Positions 18,913 through 28,998 are shown, counted from the first letter of the stretch. The stretch: DNA of 64,000 nucleotides from Candidatus Kaiserbacteria bacterium (GCA_963699165.1 OY969413.1:276562-340561), one strand, 5' to 3'. Notes: generated by a model from the sequence alone, not told the origin. Program-made: numbers and translations.

Positions 18913-19916
18913 GCGCGTATGATACCACCGCCGACGATTTTGTCGGCATGGTAGAAAACAATTGACTGGCCTGGTGCGGCAATTTCCGATAGTGCACTGG
19001 TTGAGAAAAATCTGTCGCCCTCGACACGGCCCGCGATGCGCGGGCCGCGATACCGGTATTGCGCCTCGGCCGTCTCACTTGGCTCAAGGAACCAGTTCGC
19101 GTCGGTAAACCGAATGCACTGCGGCGCATTCGCCGCTTCCGACAGGCGCCCCTTCCCCACCGTGAATTCGTTTTTCGAGACATCCTTTGCAAGAACAAAC
19201 CATGGCCCCGACTCGCGCGCATTTTGGAGCGCGATTCGTTCTCCGATGGTGTGAAGCAAGACGCCATCGTGTTCGCCTACAACCATCCCTTTTTCATCGA
19301 TTGCGCGACCGGTAACAAGCGCATCGCCGAATTCGGCCCGTAGAAATTCTTCAACGGAGACGCTTCCTAGGAAACACACACCCTGGCTGTCTTTCTTTTC
19401 AGCGACCGGCAGATTGAATTTCCTGGCAAGCGCGCGCACGGCGGTCTTCTCATAGTGCCCAACCGGAAAAATCGTTGACTCTAAAATATCTTTTGGCACG
19501 GCCCAGAGAAAATAGCTTTGGTCTTTCTCGCCGCTCCGGTAATGCCCGGTCGCGATGCAGTCCGCTCCGTTCGATTTCGCGAAACGGTAAAAAGCGCCGA
19601 ACTTCAGCTCTTTATTGCACATGATGTCCGGGTTCGGCGTCCGTCCCGCACGATACTCGGCGAGCAGATAGTCGATGACTTCTTTCTTGTACTCCGCGCT
19701 TGCGTCTAGCGTAAGAAACGGGATGCGGAGCCGTGCCGCGACGCGCATCGCGTCGCGGCGATCTGCCGCCCACGTGCACGGCATCCCGGGCGGATACCAG
19801 CCCTTGATAAACACGCCCGTCACGTTCGCGCCCGCACGTAGAAGGAGCGCAGCCGAGACGGCAGAATCAACTCCGCCGGATAATCCAACAAATACGGTCT
19901 TTCCGCGTACATTCAT
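18909..19916 (-). CDS. mnmA: tRNA-specific 2-thiouridylase
   Basis: SGGVDS, TPNPDIMCN, ATGHY, KDQSYFL, DSQGVCF, PGQ. Confidence 0.95.
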   Translation of the reverse strand: MNVRGKTVFVGLSGGVDSAVSAALLLRAGANVTGVFIKGWYPPGMPCTWAADRRDAMRVAARLRIPFLTLDASAEYKKEVIDYLLAEYRAGRTPNPDIMCNKELKFGAFYRFAKSNGADCIATGHYRSGEKDQSYFLWAVPKDILESTIFPVGHYEKTAVRALARKFNLPVAEKKDSQGVCFLGSVSVEEFLRAEFGDALVTGRAIDEKGMVVGEHDGVLLHTIGERIALQNARESGPWFVLAKDVSKNEFTVGKGRLSEAANAPQCIRFTDANWFLEPSETAEAQYRYRGPRIAGRVEGDRFFSTSALSEIAAPGQSIVFYHADKIVGGGIIRA

Positions 19917-19925
19917 ATCCCCATT

Positions 19926-20882
19926 CTAATCCAAATACTTCTTTTCGTTTGCTTGGTGCTCGGCAAAGGTAGTCGCGTAATGCATAACGCCGTTTTTGTC
20001 GGTGAGGTAGTACAGATACTGCGATGGTGTCGGATTTGCAGCGGCTTCGAGCGAGTCGAGTCCGGGATTGTCAATCGGCCCCGGCGGGAGCCCCGTATGC
20101 GTGTACGTATTGTACGGCGAATCGACTTTCAAATCCGCAAGAGAGGGCGAATAGGTATCGCGATTAAAGATGTAACCGAACACGGCATCGACTTGGAGCG
20201 GCATATTTTTTGCGAGACGGTTGTACAAAATACCCGCGACCATTTTTCTGTCAGCGCTTGTCTTGGCCTCCTTCTCGACCAGCGATGCCATGATGACCGT
20301 GTCGGAAAACGCGCGGCCCGTCGGGCCGAGTTCGTTCCGAATCGACTGCGTCTTCGTATTGAAATTTCCTCGCATCAGCGCAATGACGGATGCCGCATCG
20401 GCCGTCGGTTGAAAAAAATACGTGTCGGGAAATAAATATCCTTCATACGGTATCGCTGATGCAAGAAAATCATCAGCCGGTATCATAGGAAGAGCATTCG
20501 TGATTTCGGCGGATTCTTCGCGCACCGTCATTCCTTCGGGAAACGTAAGTTTGACGAGCGGGAAACCGTAATCGCCGTCGACGAGCCGCTTCGCGATGGC
20601 AAATACATTCTGCGGTGATTTAAAAAGATATGCGCCGGCTTGCACGGCCGCGCTTTTCCCCGAAAGGCGAAGCAGTATTCGAAAAAGCGCCGGATGTTTG
20701 ATGACATGGGCGTCGGCGAGCTCTTGCGCCGATGAAGATGCCGATGCGCCCTGACCGATAGTTACGATGCTGCCAGTCGGAAAGTCCGACGGCGGAGCGA
20801 AAAGAAGTTCATACCCAGCAAAAATGCCGAGCAGCAGTACAAGCGCAACAATCCACCAAAGATATCGCCTTAAAAAAACCAT
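19926..20882 (-). CDS. mltG: Endolytic transglycosylase (YceG-like)
   Basis: EGYLFPDTY, MASLVEKE, SPYNTY, GLPPGPI. Confidence 0.93.
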   Translation of the reverse strand: MVFLRRYLWWIVALVLLLGIFAGYELLFAPPSDFPTGSIVTIGQGASASSSAQELADAHVIKHPALFRILLRLSGKSAAVQAGAYLFKSPQNVFAIAKRLVDGDYGFPLVKLTFPEGMTVREESAEITNALPMIPADDFLASAIPYEGYLFPDTYFFQPTADAASVIALMRGNFNTKTQSIRNELGPTGRAFSDTVIMASLVEKEAKTSADRKMVAGILYNRLAKNMPLQVDAVFGYIFNRDTYSPSLADLKVDSPYNTYTHTGLPPGPIDNPGLDSLEAAANPTPSQYLYYLTDKNGVMHYATTFAEHQANEKKYLD

Positions 20883-20886
20883 ACTG

Positions 20887-22251
20887 CTAAAGCGGCAGAT
20901 TCGCGGGCGCTTCGCCGGTCGCGGACGAAACGCGCTCGAGGCCCGGCGTATGTATACCGGCCGAAGGTATGTGATACAGAGTGGCGAGTTCTTCGGTGCT
21001 CAAAACCATAATATCATTTCTAGTCAGCCCTTCCGAAAACGGTTCATGGAAAAATTGGCGGCGTCGATATGCCTCGACCATTTTCACCGTATACCGCTTT
21101 TTTAACTTGCTCGAACCGATTTCCCACGGATAATCGTCGAATATCATCAGCCATGCGGTCGCCTTGATGCCATTCCACCCCTCAACGCTGAACGGTTTGA
21201 ACAGGCCAATCATTTGCGCAATCATAGTCGGCTTGAAACTGTCGGGTTTCGCGAGATAAATACAGCGCGCGCCGACATCGAACCCGAGTTTCGATGTGTT
21301 GCGCTCGATTGCTGCCATCTTTTCCGACTCTCCTTTCGTCGGATTTGGGAATCCCGGCATCTCTTTGCCGGTCGTGGGATCGACATACGGCGTTCGGGTA
21401 TCCTTGCGGATTTTTTCAACGATTTCCTTTCCTTCGTCCCGCCATGTGTACGGCTTATTATCCGCGTTGAGTTTATTGTATTTGTGTCCGCTGTGCACTT
21501 GGATGATGAATTGCAGCCAGACATATTCGCCCTTCCCGGCCGAACCGAGAAACTCAGTAATGCTGGCAAGCGGATCAATTTGTTCCGGTTCCTCTTGTAC
21601 CTTGTCAAGACCGAACTCGATATAGGTTTTAATGGGCAGCGGATCTTTTTCGATTTTCCTGTAATCGCAACCCCAAATGCTCCACTCGCCCGGTACCGCC
21701 GAAATGCATCTCGTATAATCAAGTGCTTCGGTAATCTGCACGCCGGGATATTGCGCATACATTTGCGACTCGACAATTCTTCGAAAATTAGCGCGCGTCC
21801 ACACGTAAAAGTGAACCCTCCCTTCGAACGACACCATTTCAAACGACCACCACGGACGCACGGCACCCTTTATCGAGCGGGCATACCAGGTCGATTCGCC
21901 CGGGGAGAGATGGATTGAGGAAAAAAACGCTTCCATGGCGAGCGGCGTCTTCACGAGATTTCTTGGTGGTTTGATTTCGAGAACGATATACGTCTGCGAA
22001 TTTATGAATTCGCTCCGTTTGAGCGTAAGCCATAACGACAATGCTCCATCTGCGAGCAGAAACGGGAGCCAAACCGGAGCGAGATACAGCGCAAGCGAGA
22101 CCGCGGTATCTACCTGATGAAACATGAACATCGTCGATATGAGCAGCAGGAGCATCCCTGCAAAGAAAATAGGCCACGGAGCAAATCGGAAGCCCGTGTT
22201 ACCGGTTATTTTTTTGAAAAAAGCGTCGATTTCTTTCGCAAACGGAAGCAT
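20887..22251 (-). CDS. Conserved hypothetical membrane protein
   Basis: Two N-terminal TM segments; WWSFEM, YAQYP, EELATLYHIP. Confidence 0.75.
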   Translation of the reverse strand: MLPFAKEIDAFFKKITGNTGFRFAPWPIFFAGMLLLLISTMFMFHQVDTAVSLALYLAPVWLPFLLADGALSLWLTLKRSEFINSQTYIVLEIKPPRNLVKTPLAMEAFFSSIHLSPGESTWYARSIKGAVRPWWSFEMVSFEGRVHFYVWTRANFRRIVESQMYAQYPGVQITEALDYTRCISAVPGEWSIWGCDYRKIEKDPLPIKTYIEFGLDKVQEEPEQIDPLASITEFLGSAGKGEYVWLQFIIQVHSGHKYNKLNADNKPYTWRDEGKEIVEKIRKDTRTPYVDPTTGKEMPGFPNPTKGESEKMAAIERNTSKLGFDVGARCIYLAKPDSFKPTMIAQMIGLFKPFSVEGWNGIKATAWLMIFDDYPWEIGSSKLKKRYTVKMVEAYRRRQFFHEPFSEGLTRNDIMVLSTEELATLYHIPSAGIHTPGLERVSSATGEAPANLPL

Positions 22252-22266
22252 GTTTGGATAGTATAT

Positions 22267-22302
22267 CAACAAAAAAACGCCCGTGCGGGCGTTTTTTTGT
22301 TG
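22267..22302. terminator. Bidirectional-type intrinsic terminator
   Basis: CAACAAAAAAACGCCC-GTGC-GGGCGTTTTTTTGTTG. Confidence 0.85.
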
Positions 22303-22311
22303 CGAACTGCG

Positions 22312-23385
22312 TTACGCCGCCGAGTATCGGCCGTCTTTAAGCCGAGTAAAGTACCGGGGATCGTTGAGGTTCACCAAAATCGTATTGTCTTTCACGAAAC
22401 GCGCGCGCTTCACCTGCTTGATGATTTCTTCCTTTTTGAGCGGACCCGTTTTCTCGAGCGTCTCGCGAATCACATCACGTACGACTCCCGGTTTGTAGCC
22501 CCATTCGGTAAGCGCGTAGAGTCCGCGGCCGACAAGCACGAAGCGCGAATCTTTGATCAGCTCGTTGTGCGTAGTCGCGACGTGCGCCTTCTTTGAAAAA
22601 AGAGTGCCGATTGCCTTCGCGACTTCCGAGAAGTGCATCGGCGCGCCGTTTCGCTTCACCGCGAGATATGCGTAATCGCGAATGCCTTTGATGCGGATGG
22701 CGGCGGCGTTGGTCTTGCCCCATTCCGAAAGCGGATTGCTGCCGATGTGCTTCGAGAGAGAAAGCCAGCGCTTCAAAACCTCCTCGTTCTTGTAGGCGTC
22801 GTTCACCTCTTTCAGCTCTTCCAAAAATCGGTCGAGAAGCTCGCTTTCGGTTACAACCTCGTTGTCCGGCAACGTCGCGTACAGGCGGGAAAGCGCGTCG
22901 TGGATGTTTTTTGCCGTGCCGCGGTCAATGTGCCATCGGGCGACGAAATCATTTGTCTCGCGCTCGCGGAAAAACGCGGAACCGAGCATCAAAAAGAAGC
23001 GGAAGCGGTTGCGGGTCTTCTCATCCTTTCCCAGTGCGGAAAGAAGCGTGTCTTCGGGCACGATTGCGCCGAGCGAATCGATGTATGCCGCAATCTCGTC
23101 AAACGCCGAGCTCGCCTCCTTAAAGGCCTTGCTCGCGCGGATGGCGTCGAGGCCGGCGGCTTCAATTTGCCGGACGCGCTCGCGGGTAATCGACGAGCGG
23201 TCGCCGATTGCTTCGAGCGTCTCGCGTTCTGTTGCGGTGCCTAGACCGAAGCGTCGAACGAGCACCGTGCGGGCGCGTTCCGGTGCAGTTGCGAGAAGTC
23301 GCTTCGCGAGAGCCGAACTATCAAACGTAAACACGGCCGCCTTCAATTCGGCCTTTTGTTTCGCTGTTTTTTTGGCTTTGACCAT
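22312..23385 (-). CDS. Sigma70 region 4-like HTH plus HARE-HTH-like DNA-binding protein
   Basis: RRFGL...TLEAIGDRSSITRERVRQIE; C-terminal PMHFSEV...HNELIKDSRFVLVGRGLYAL. Confidence 0.82.
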   Translation of the reverse strand: MVKAKKTAKQKAELKAAVFTFDSSALAKRLLATAPERARTVLVRRFGLGTATERETLEAIGDRSSITRERVRQIEAAGLDAIRASKAFKEASSAFDEIAAYIDSLGAIVPEDTLLSALGKDEKTRNRFRFFLMLGSAFFRERETNDFVARWHIDRGTAKNIHDALSRLYATLPDNEVVTESELLDRFLEELKEVNDAYKNEEVLKRWLSLSKHIGSNPLSEWGKTNAAAIRIKGIRDYAYLAVKRNGAPMHFSEVAKAIGTLFSKKAHVATTHNELIKDSRFVLVGRGLYALTEWGYKPGVVRDVIRETLEKTGPLKKEEIIKQVKRARFVKDNTILVNLNDPRYFTRLKDGRYSAA

Positions 23386-23432
23386 GTGGTGTAATTTATA
23401 GCAAACGTCTTATAATGAGTCAATAGGCGCGA

Positions 23433-26279
23433 TTATACCACAAGATTTATGATTCTGCCCGCTACATAAACCACCCGATTCGGCTCCTTTCCCGAAAGCG
23501 CCGAAATGACGGCCGGAAGGTCCTTTGCTGCGGCTACTGCATCCATTTCAGAAGCGTCCGGAGCAAGCCGAGCCGTCCCGCGACGTTTCCCGTTGACCTG
23601 AACCACAACTTCCATTTCTTCGGCAACAAGAAGAGACTCGTCGTGCACCGGCCACGAAGCGAGATGTATGGACAACGTCTCGCCCACAAGCTCCCAAAGT
23701 TCATCGGTGATGTGGGGGGCAAACGGCGCAAGCAATCGCAAGAATATTTTCCACTGTTCTTTGCCGATGCTTCCCTGCTTATCGATGGCATTCAGAAGAA
23801 TCATCATCTGGCTCACCGCTGTGTTAAATTTAAATGCCTCTATATCGTTGCCGACTTTGCGAATCGTTTCGTGGAGAATCTGATTGAGCGCGGGAACGTC
23901 GTGTTCCGTAACTCGCTCCTGCGTCTGCCATACGCGTTCAACGAAGCGCGCCGTACCAGCGATGGATGCAGTACTCCACGAGGTCGTGTTCTCGAACGGG
24001 CCCATAAACATCTCATAAATGCGGAAAGCATCGGCCCCATACTCCGCAACCACGTCGTCAGGATTGATGACATTTCCGAACCGCTTGCTCATTTTGCGTC
24101 CGTCCTCGGCCAGAATAAATCCGAGGAACTCAAGTCGGGCAAACGGCTCGGGAGTGCTCACCACGCTAATGTCGTACAGGAATTTGTGCCAAAAACGCGC
24201 ATAGATGAGATGTCGCACCGCGTGGTCGCCGCCGACATACACGTCAACCGGCGCCCAATATTTTTCTTTCTTCGCGGACACGAGTTGCTCCGCATTATGC
24301 GGATCCATAAAGCGCAGGTAATACCACGATGAGCCCGCCCATTGAGGCATCGTGTTGGTCTCGCGTTTTGCAGGACCGCCGCATTTGGGACAGGTCGTGT
24401 TGACCCAATCATCGATAGCCGCAAGCGGCGATTCTCCCGTGCCGGTCGGCTCATACGACTCGACTTCCGGCAGAAGGAGCGGTAAATCTTCGTACGGCAC
24501 GGCAACAACCCCGTCGGTTGGACAATGTATAACCGGAATCGGTTCGCCCCAGTATCGCTGGCGCGAGAAAACCCAATCGCGCAATTTGTAGCGAACAACC
24601 CGCCGGCCGCCGACGGCTTCCGTAATGTCCCACTTAGCGCTTTCACTGTTGCGACCGTCGAAGGAACCCGAATGTATGAGATAGCCGTGACCGGTGAGCG
24701 ATTCTTCCTTATGCAGCAGACGCCACATACCTTTCTGATGCGCGGGAGTTAGCTGCTCCTCCACGTCCTTTTCATCAACCCAATACAACGTGTGCTTTGC
24801 TTGCTCGTCGGCGGGAATGATTCCTTGCTGTGCAGTGCTGTCAATTTCGGCGAGCAATGCATGCGCGTGCGCGCAACGATTTTCTTTTTTGTGTGAAGCG
24901 CAATAGCGCGCCGCGGTAATCCAGCGGAGTTTGCGCACGATGCGAACGCCCTCAAGCGCCGCTTCTTCGCGTATTTCGGCAAGCGCCGCGTCTTCCGGTG
25001 TTTGTCCGGCCTCAATGCCGCCCATAATCGCGGTTGTTATTCCCTCAAGTGTGCCATGCCACTTCAAAAGAGCGTACTTCCCCGTTGAATTGTCGCGAAG
25101 GTGAACGACGACGGTATCGCGTTTCACCTCGGTGAACTCGGGCCGCGGCGGATTAAGAGTGTCACTCTCGCAAGGAACAACAACCTGCCGTATCGGGAGT
25201 TTAAACTTCTCGGCAAATTCAAAATCGCGCTCGTCATGCGCCGGTACGGCCATCACCGCGCCGGTGCCATATGAGGCCAGAACGTAATCGGCTATGTAAA
25301 CCGGAATTCCCTCCTTAGTGGCAGGGTTGATGGCTGACACCCCTTCAAGAATTACTCCCGTTTTCTCTTTTCCTTCCGCACTGCGATCGATTTCCGTTTT
25401 AAGCGCCACGGACTTTGCGTATTCGCGTACCGCATCCTTGTTTTTTACCAAGCCGTATTCAATCAGTTTGCTGACGAGCGGATGCTCCGGCGCAAGAACA
25501 AGATATGTGGCGCCAAAAATCGTGTCGGGTCGCGTTGTGAAAACAGTGGCCTTGTCGGCTATATCTGTAAAAGCGAAATCGATTTCCGCGCCTTCAGAGC
25601 GGCCTATCCAATTCCGTTGGGCTTCCTTAATGTGTTCCGGCCAATCGAGCAAGTCGAGGTCGGCCAGCATCCTGTCTGCGTAATCGGTAATTTTTAGCAC
25701 CCACTGCGGAAGATTCTTTTTGACGACCGGCGTTCCGCATCGCTCGCAAACGGCGCCGTCGAGGTCTTCGTTCGCAAGGCCGGTCATGCACGACGGACAC
25801 CAGTTAATCGGCTCGTTGGATTGAAATGCGAGACCTTGCTCGAGCATTTTGAGGAAAATCCACTGCGTCCAGTGATAGTACGCCGGGTCAGTCGTATTGA
25901 TTTCGCGCGACCAATCATAATCGAAGCCGATGTGCGCTAGCTGGGCTTTGAAGTTTGCGATGTTGTCCTCAACGGCTTTGCGCGGATGCGTCTTGTTTTT
26001 GAGAGCGTAATTTTCTGCGGGCAAACCGAAGGCATCCCATCCCATGGGATGCAGCACCGAAAAGCCGCGCATGCGCATGTGGCGCGAATAGATATCCGTC
26101 GCAATGTATCCTTTCGGATGTCCGACATGCAACCCTTCGCCGGACGGATATGGGAACATATCGAGCACGTATTTTTTTTCTTTGTCAGGGTCGTCAGACG
26201 TGCGGTAGGTATCATTTAGCTTCCAGCGCTCCTGCCATTTGCGCTCTATATCACCGTGCGAGAAAGGGTCTTTAGCCAT
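23433..26279 (-). CDS. leuS: Leucine--tRNA ligase with inserted NUDIX domain
   Basis: MFPYPSGEGLHVGH, GTGAVMAVPAHD, RQRYWG, KMSK; Nudix box GGIEAGQTPEDAALAEIREEAAL. Confidence 0.96.
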   Translation of the reverse strand: MAKDPFSHGDIERKWQERWKLNDTYRTSDDPDKEKKYVLDMFPYPSGEGLHVGHPKGYIATDIYSRHMRMRGFSVLHPMGWDAFGLPAENYALKNKTHPRKAVEDNIANFKAQLAHIGFDYDWSREINTTDPAYYHWTQWIFLKMLEQGLAFQSNEPINWCPSCMTGLANEDLDGAVCERCGTPVVKKNLPQWVLKITDYADRMLADLDLLDWPEHIKEAQRNWIGRSEGAEIDFAFTDIADKATVFTTRPDTIFGATYLVLAPEHPLVSKLIEYGLVKNKDAVREYAKSVALKTEIDRSAEGKEKTGVILEGVSAINPATKEGIPVYIADYVLASYGTGAVMAVPAHDERDFEFAEKFKLPIRQVVVPCESDTLNPPRPEFTEVKRDTVVVHLRDNSTGKYALLKWHGTLEGITTAIMGGIEAGQTPEDAALAEIREEAALEGVRIVRKLRWITAARYCASHKKENRCAHAHALLAEIDSTAQQGIIPADEQAKHTLYWVDEKDVEEQLTPAHQKGMWRLLHKEESLTGHGYLIHSGSFDGRNSESAKWDITEAVGGRRVVRYKLRDWVFSRQRYWGEPIPVIHCPTDGVVAVPYEDLPLLLPEVESYEPTGTGESPLAAIDDWVNTTCPKCGGPAKRETNTMPQWAGSSWYYLRFMDPHNAEQLVSAKKEKYWAPVDVYVGGDHAVRHLIYARFWHKFLYDISVVSTPEPFARLEFLGFILAEDGRKMSKRFGNVINPDDVVAEYGADAFRIYEMFMGPFENTTSWSTASIAGTARFVERVWQTQERVTEHDVPALNQILHETIRKVGNDIEAFKFNTAVSQMMILLNAIDKQGSIGKEQWKIFLRLLAPFAPHITDELWELVGETLSIHLASWPVHDESLLVAEEMEVVVQVNGKRRGTARLAPDASEMDAVAAAKDLPAVISALSGKEPNRVVYVAGRIINLVV

Positions 26280-26294
26280 GACACAGAGCGACTG

Positions 26295-26858
26295 TTAGTC
26301 GCGAAAACGGCGCCAGCCGGTGTAGAGAAGAATAATCAAACCGACGGTACTTATGAAGAGCCGCATCCAATTCCCCGCATCGCTCCAATACTGCGTCGAA
26401 GCGACAATGAAGGCGACAACGCCGCCATATGAAAGGCCTGCGGAGACAATTGAAGAACCGATTGGCACAAATCCAGCGAGTACCGAAAGAATGCCGAGAC
26501 CGACCATAATTGTAAAGGCGTACAGTGAATGACGGTCAGACGCCGCCTGATAGAGCGGCTGGCATTTTGCAGTCATGTCGCAATACCCGGAACCAGTGGG
26601 AATCATCGGCTCTGCCTTTCCGTTAATCGGCGTGGGGGCCACGGCGGGATATTCGGTCCAAATGCCACCTTGAGAATCACAGGTTGCGGCATCGCTTGGA
26701 TTTATGGCCGGCTGCACTTTGCAAAAATCATTGTAGACGGGCGCCGGATATGCGAGAGCGACGACCACATTGAAAAAAATGTTGAGTATGACCACGATTC
26801 CGACAAGGAGAGCCCAGCGCACAAATTTCGGATGATTCTGTTTTGTGTTTGGTTCCAT
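26295..26858 (-). CDS. Hypothetical membrane protein with Cys-containing extracellular loop
   Basis: About 4 TM segments. Confidence 0.75.
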   Translation of the reverse strand: MEPNTKQNHPKFVRWALLVGIVVILNIFFNVVVALAYPAPVYNDFCKVQPAINPSDAATCDSQGGIWTEYPAVAPTPINGKAEPMIPTGSGYCDMTAKCQPLYQAASDRHSLYAFTIMVGLGILSVLAGFVPIGSSIVSAGLSYGGVVAFIVASTQYWSDAGNWMRLFISTVGLIILLYTGWRRFRD

Positions 26859-26979
26859 AGGCGAGGATTATACCACGATATAATCAGAGCGGCTCCCTTT
26901 TCGGGGGAGCCGCAACCTTCATACTGGGAAGCCGTAATCCTTTTTTTCCTCGCATTCTATTGCGTCCATATGCTGATTC

Positions 26980-27129
26980 TCATCCGTTCCACCTTTCCGC
27001 GAGGATGTTCGCGCGACGGATTAGCTCACCTCCGGCTTCGCGAACTGCGAGTCCGATGAAGACCATTGATGCCGCTCCGAGGAGTCCCGCGATGACTCGG
27101 AACGGAACCGGATGCTTTTGAAATATAAT
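26980..27129 (-). CDS. Possible 49-aa single-TM peptide with ATT start
   Basis: TTGACG-16-TATGTT promoter, SD GGAGG, open frame IIFQKHPVPFRVIAGLLGAASMVFIGLAV... Confidence 0.35.
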   Translation of the reverse strand: MIFQKHPVPFRVIAGLLGAASMVFIGLAVREAGGELIRRANILAERWNG

Positions 27130-27187
27130 TGGACCCCTCCAAAGGTCTGCGGGTAACATACCACGCGTGGGAAATTCGTCAATTTTT

Positions 27188-28285
27188 TCACCCGTGCAGG
27201 AACACCATTACGTCGCCGTCGGCAACGACGTATTCCTTCCCTTCCGTTCGCACTAACCCTTTCTCGCGGGCGGCCGCATACGAACCTGCCTCAAGAAGTT
27301 TTTTCCAGTCGATAACTTCGGCGCGGATGAATTTCGTTAGAAAGTCATTGTGAATGGCCGCGCCCGCTATCGGCGCAGTGCTTCCGCGCGTAATCGTCCA
27401 TGCGCGCGTTTCGTCGGTGCCCGTCGTAAAAAATGAAATGAGTCCTAGCGTCTCGTATGCGCCGCGGATGAGCGACGCAAGCCCGTCTTCCGGTACCCCC
27501 AGTTCTTCGCGAAAACCGATACGGTCTTCATCCGCGACATCGTTTAACTCACGCTCCGTAGCAGCATCTACAAACACATAGCGTCCTCCGAGCTCCTCTA
27601 TTAGCTTGTATGCGCGTTCCGCTCGTCCGTCTGCAAGTTCGTCCAAATTGTGCCCGTTGCTCTTCTTGTTGAGCGCGTACAGAATCGGCTTCATAGTCAG
27701 AAGGTCAAGATGCGCGACATTCTTTTTCTCTTCGGCGCTTAGGCCGGCATTAAGCGCGAGTTTCCCGAGAGAAAAGCCCTGAGCCAGTTTCGCGAGTGCA
27801 GCATCTTCAGCCACCGCTTCTTTTGAGCCGGTATGCATGTCTCGCACGAGCTTATCGCGACGCTTTCTGATTTGTTCGCCGTCGGAAAGCGCGAGCTCGA
27901 GATTTATGATTTCAATATCTTTATAGGGCTCAATGTCTTGGTCGACGTGAAGCACGTTCGGGTCGTCGAAAAAGCGCACGACTTCGAGAATCGCATCGGT
28001 CTCGCGGATGTTCGCGAGAAATTGATTCCCAAGCCCTTCGCCTTCGGCAGCGCCTTTCACGAGACCGGCGATGTCCACAAACTCGATTGCGGCCGGAATC
28101 ACCTTTTCGCTTTTTGAAAATTCCGCGAGCGCGCCGATGCGGGCATCGGGAACGCCGACGACGCCGACTGACGGGTCGATAGTGCAAAATGGATAATTTT
28201 CCGCGGGCACGGAAGCTTTGGTGAGTGCATTAAAAAGCGTGGACTTCCCCACGTTCGGCAATCCAACGATTCCTATCTTAAGCAT
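27188..28285 (-). CDS. ychF: Redox-regulated ATPase YchF (Obg family)
   Basis: GIVGLPNVGKST, NYPFCTI, DIAGLV, EGKEYVVADGD. Confidence 0.96.
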   Translation of the reverse strand: MLKIGIVGLPNVGKSTLFNALTKASVPAENYPFCTIDPSVGVVGVPDARIGALAEFSKSEKVIPAAIEFVDIAGLVKGAAEGEGLGNQFLANIRETDAILEVVRFFDDPNVLHVDQDIEPYKDIEIINLELALSDGEQIRKRRDKLVRDMHTGSKEAVAEDAALAKLAQGFSLGKLALNAGLSAEEKKNVAHLDLLTMKPILYALNKKSNGHNLDELADGRAERAYKLIEELGGRYVFVDAATERELNDVADEDRIGFREELGVPEDGLASLIRGAYETLGLISFFTTGTDETRAWTITRGSTAPIAGAAIHNDFLTKFIRAEVIDWKKLLEAGSYAAAREKGLVRTEGKEYVVADGDVMVFLHG

Positions 28286-28318
28286 CTAGTAAACTTACAC
28301 TGTTTTCGTAAAAGCGAA

Positions 28319-28352
28319 ACCCGCATCTGTCATATTTCAGACAGATGCGGGT
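28319..28352 (-). terminator. Intrinsic terminator
   Basis: ACCCGCATCTGTC...GACAGATGCGGGT followed by T-rich tract on the minus strand. Confidence 0.7.
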
Positions 28353-28404
28353 CGGTAGAACAATGACCGAAGGGCAATTTGACCCAAGGGTCAAAGTTCG
28401 GATT

Positions 28405-28998
28405 TCAACTTGCACGCACCGCCGCAGGGTCGTTGCCACGCCAGTCGTCGCCGAGCCAGTAGGCGCCCCAGTTCCACCTGCCGTCGCGCCAGTAGAGGTA
28501 GCGGACGTACAGGTTGCCAACGCGGTGGCGGTAGACGGTGCCCCAGAAGAAGATGTAGCGGGTATTCCCGTTTCCATCCGTCTTCCACTCATCGGGGATG
28601 AGTTCGGGGTGCGCGAGCAGGTAGTCGAGGACATTGGCGTTGAAGACGGACTTCTTCGCCAACTCCTTGCGGAGCTTGTTGCCTTCGATGACCTTGCCAT
28701 CCTTCTGACCGCTGGTGAGGAAGAACTCGACCTGTTTGGGGTCGAACTTCCACTGGCCACCCTTCTGGTGCTCTTCGATGGTGAAGCCATCGCTCACCCA
28801 CGGGTTGAAGGGGTTGGCATCGCAGTCGATGACGTGCTCGACCTGCGTGATGACCGCGTGGCCGAGCAGAACTTGGCGGAACTGACCGAGCTTGTCGCCT
28901 TCACAGGCCGCGTCAATCAGTTGCTCTGTCCAATCGTTCCGTGCGAACGCCACCTTGAGTTTGGCAGCGAGACCAACATCGAGCGTGAGATTGCTCAT
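28405..28998 (-). CDS. Hypothetical protein with DGR variable-region-like C-terminus
   Basis: SD AAGGAG; C-terminus YVRYLYWRDGRWNWGAYWLGDDWRGNDPAAVRAS built largely from NNC/NNT codons. Confidence 0.75.
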   Translation of the reverse strand: MSNLTLDVGLAAKLKVAFARNDWTEQLIDAACEGDKLGQFRQVLLGHAVITQVEHVIDCDANPFNPWVSDGFTIEEHQKGGQWKFDPKQVEFFLTSGQKDGKVIEGNKLRKELAKKSVFNANVLDYLLAHPELIPDEWKTDGNGNTRYIFFWGTVYRHRVGNLYVRYLYWRDGRWNWGAYWLGDDWRGNDPAAVRAS

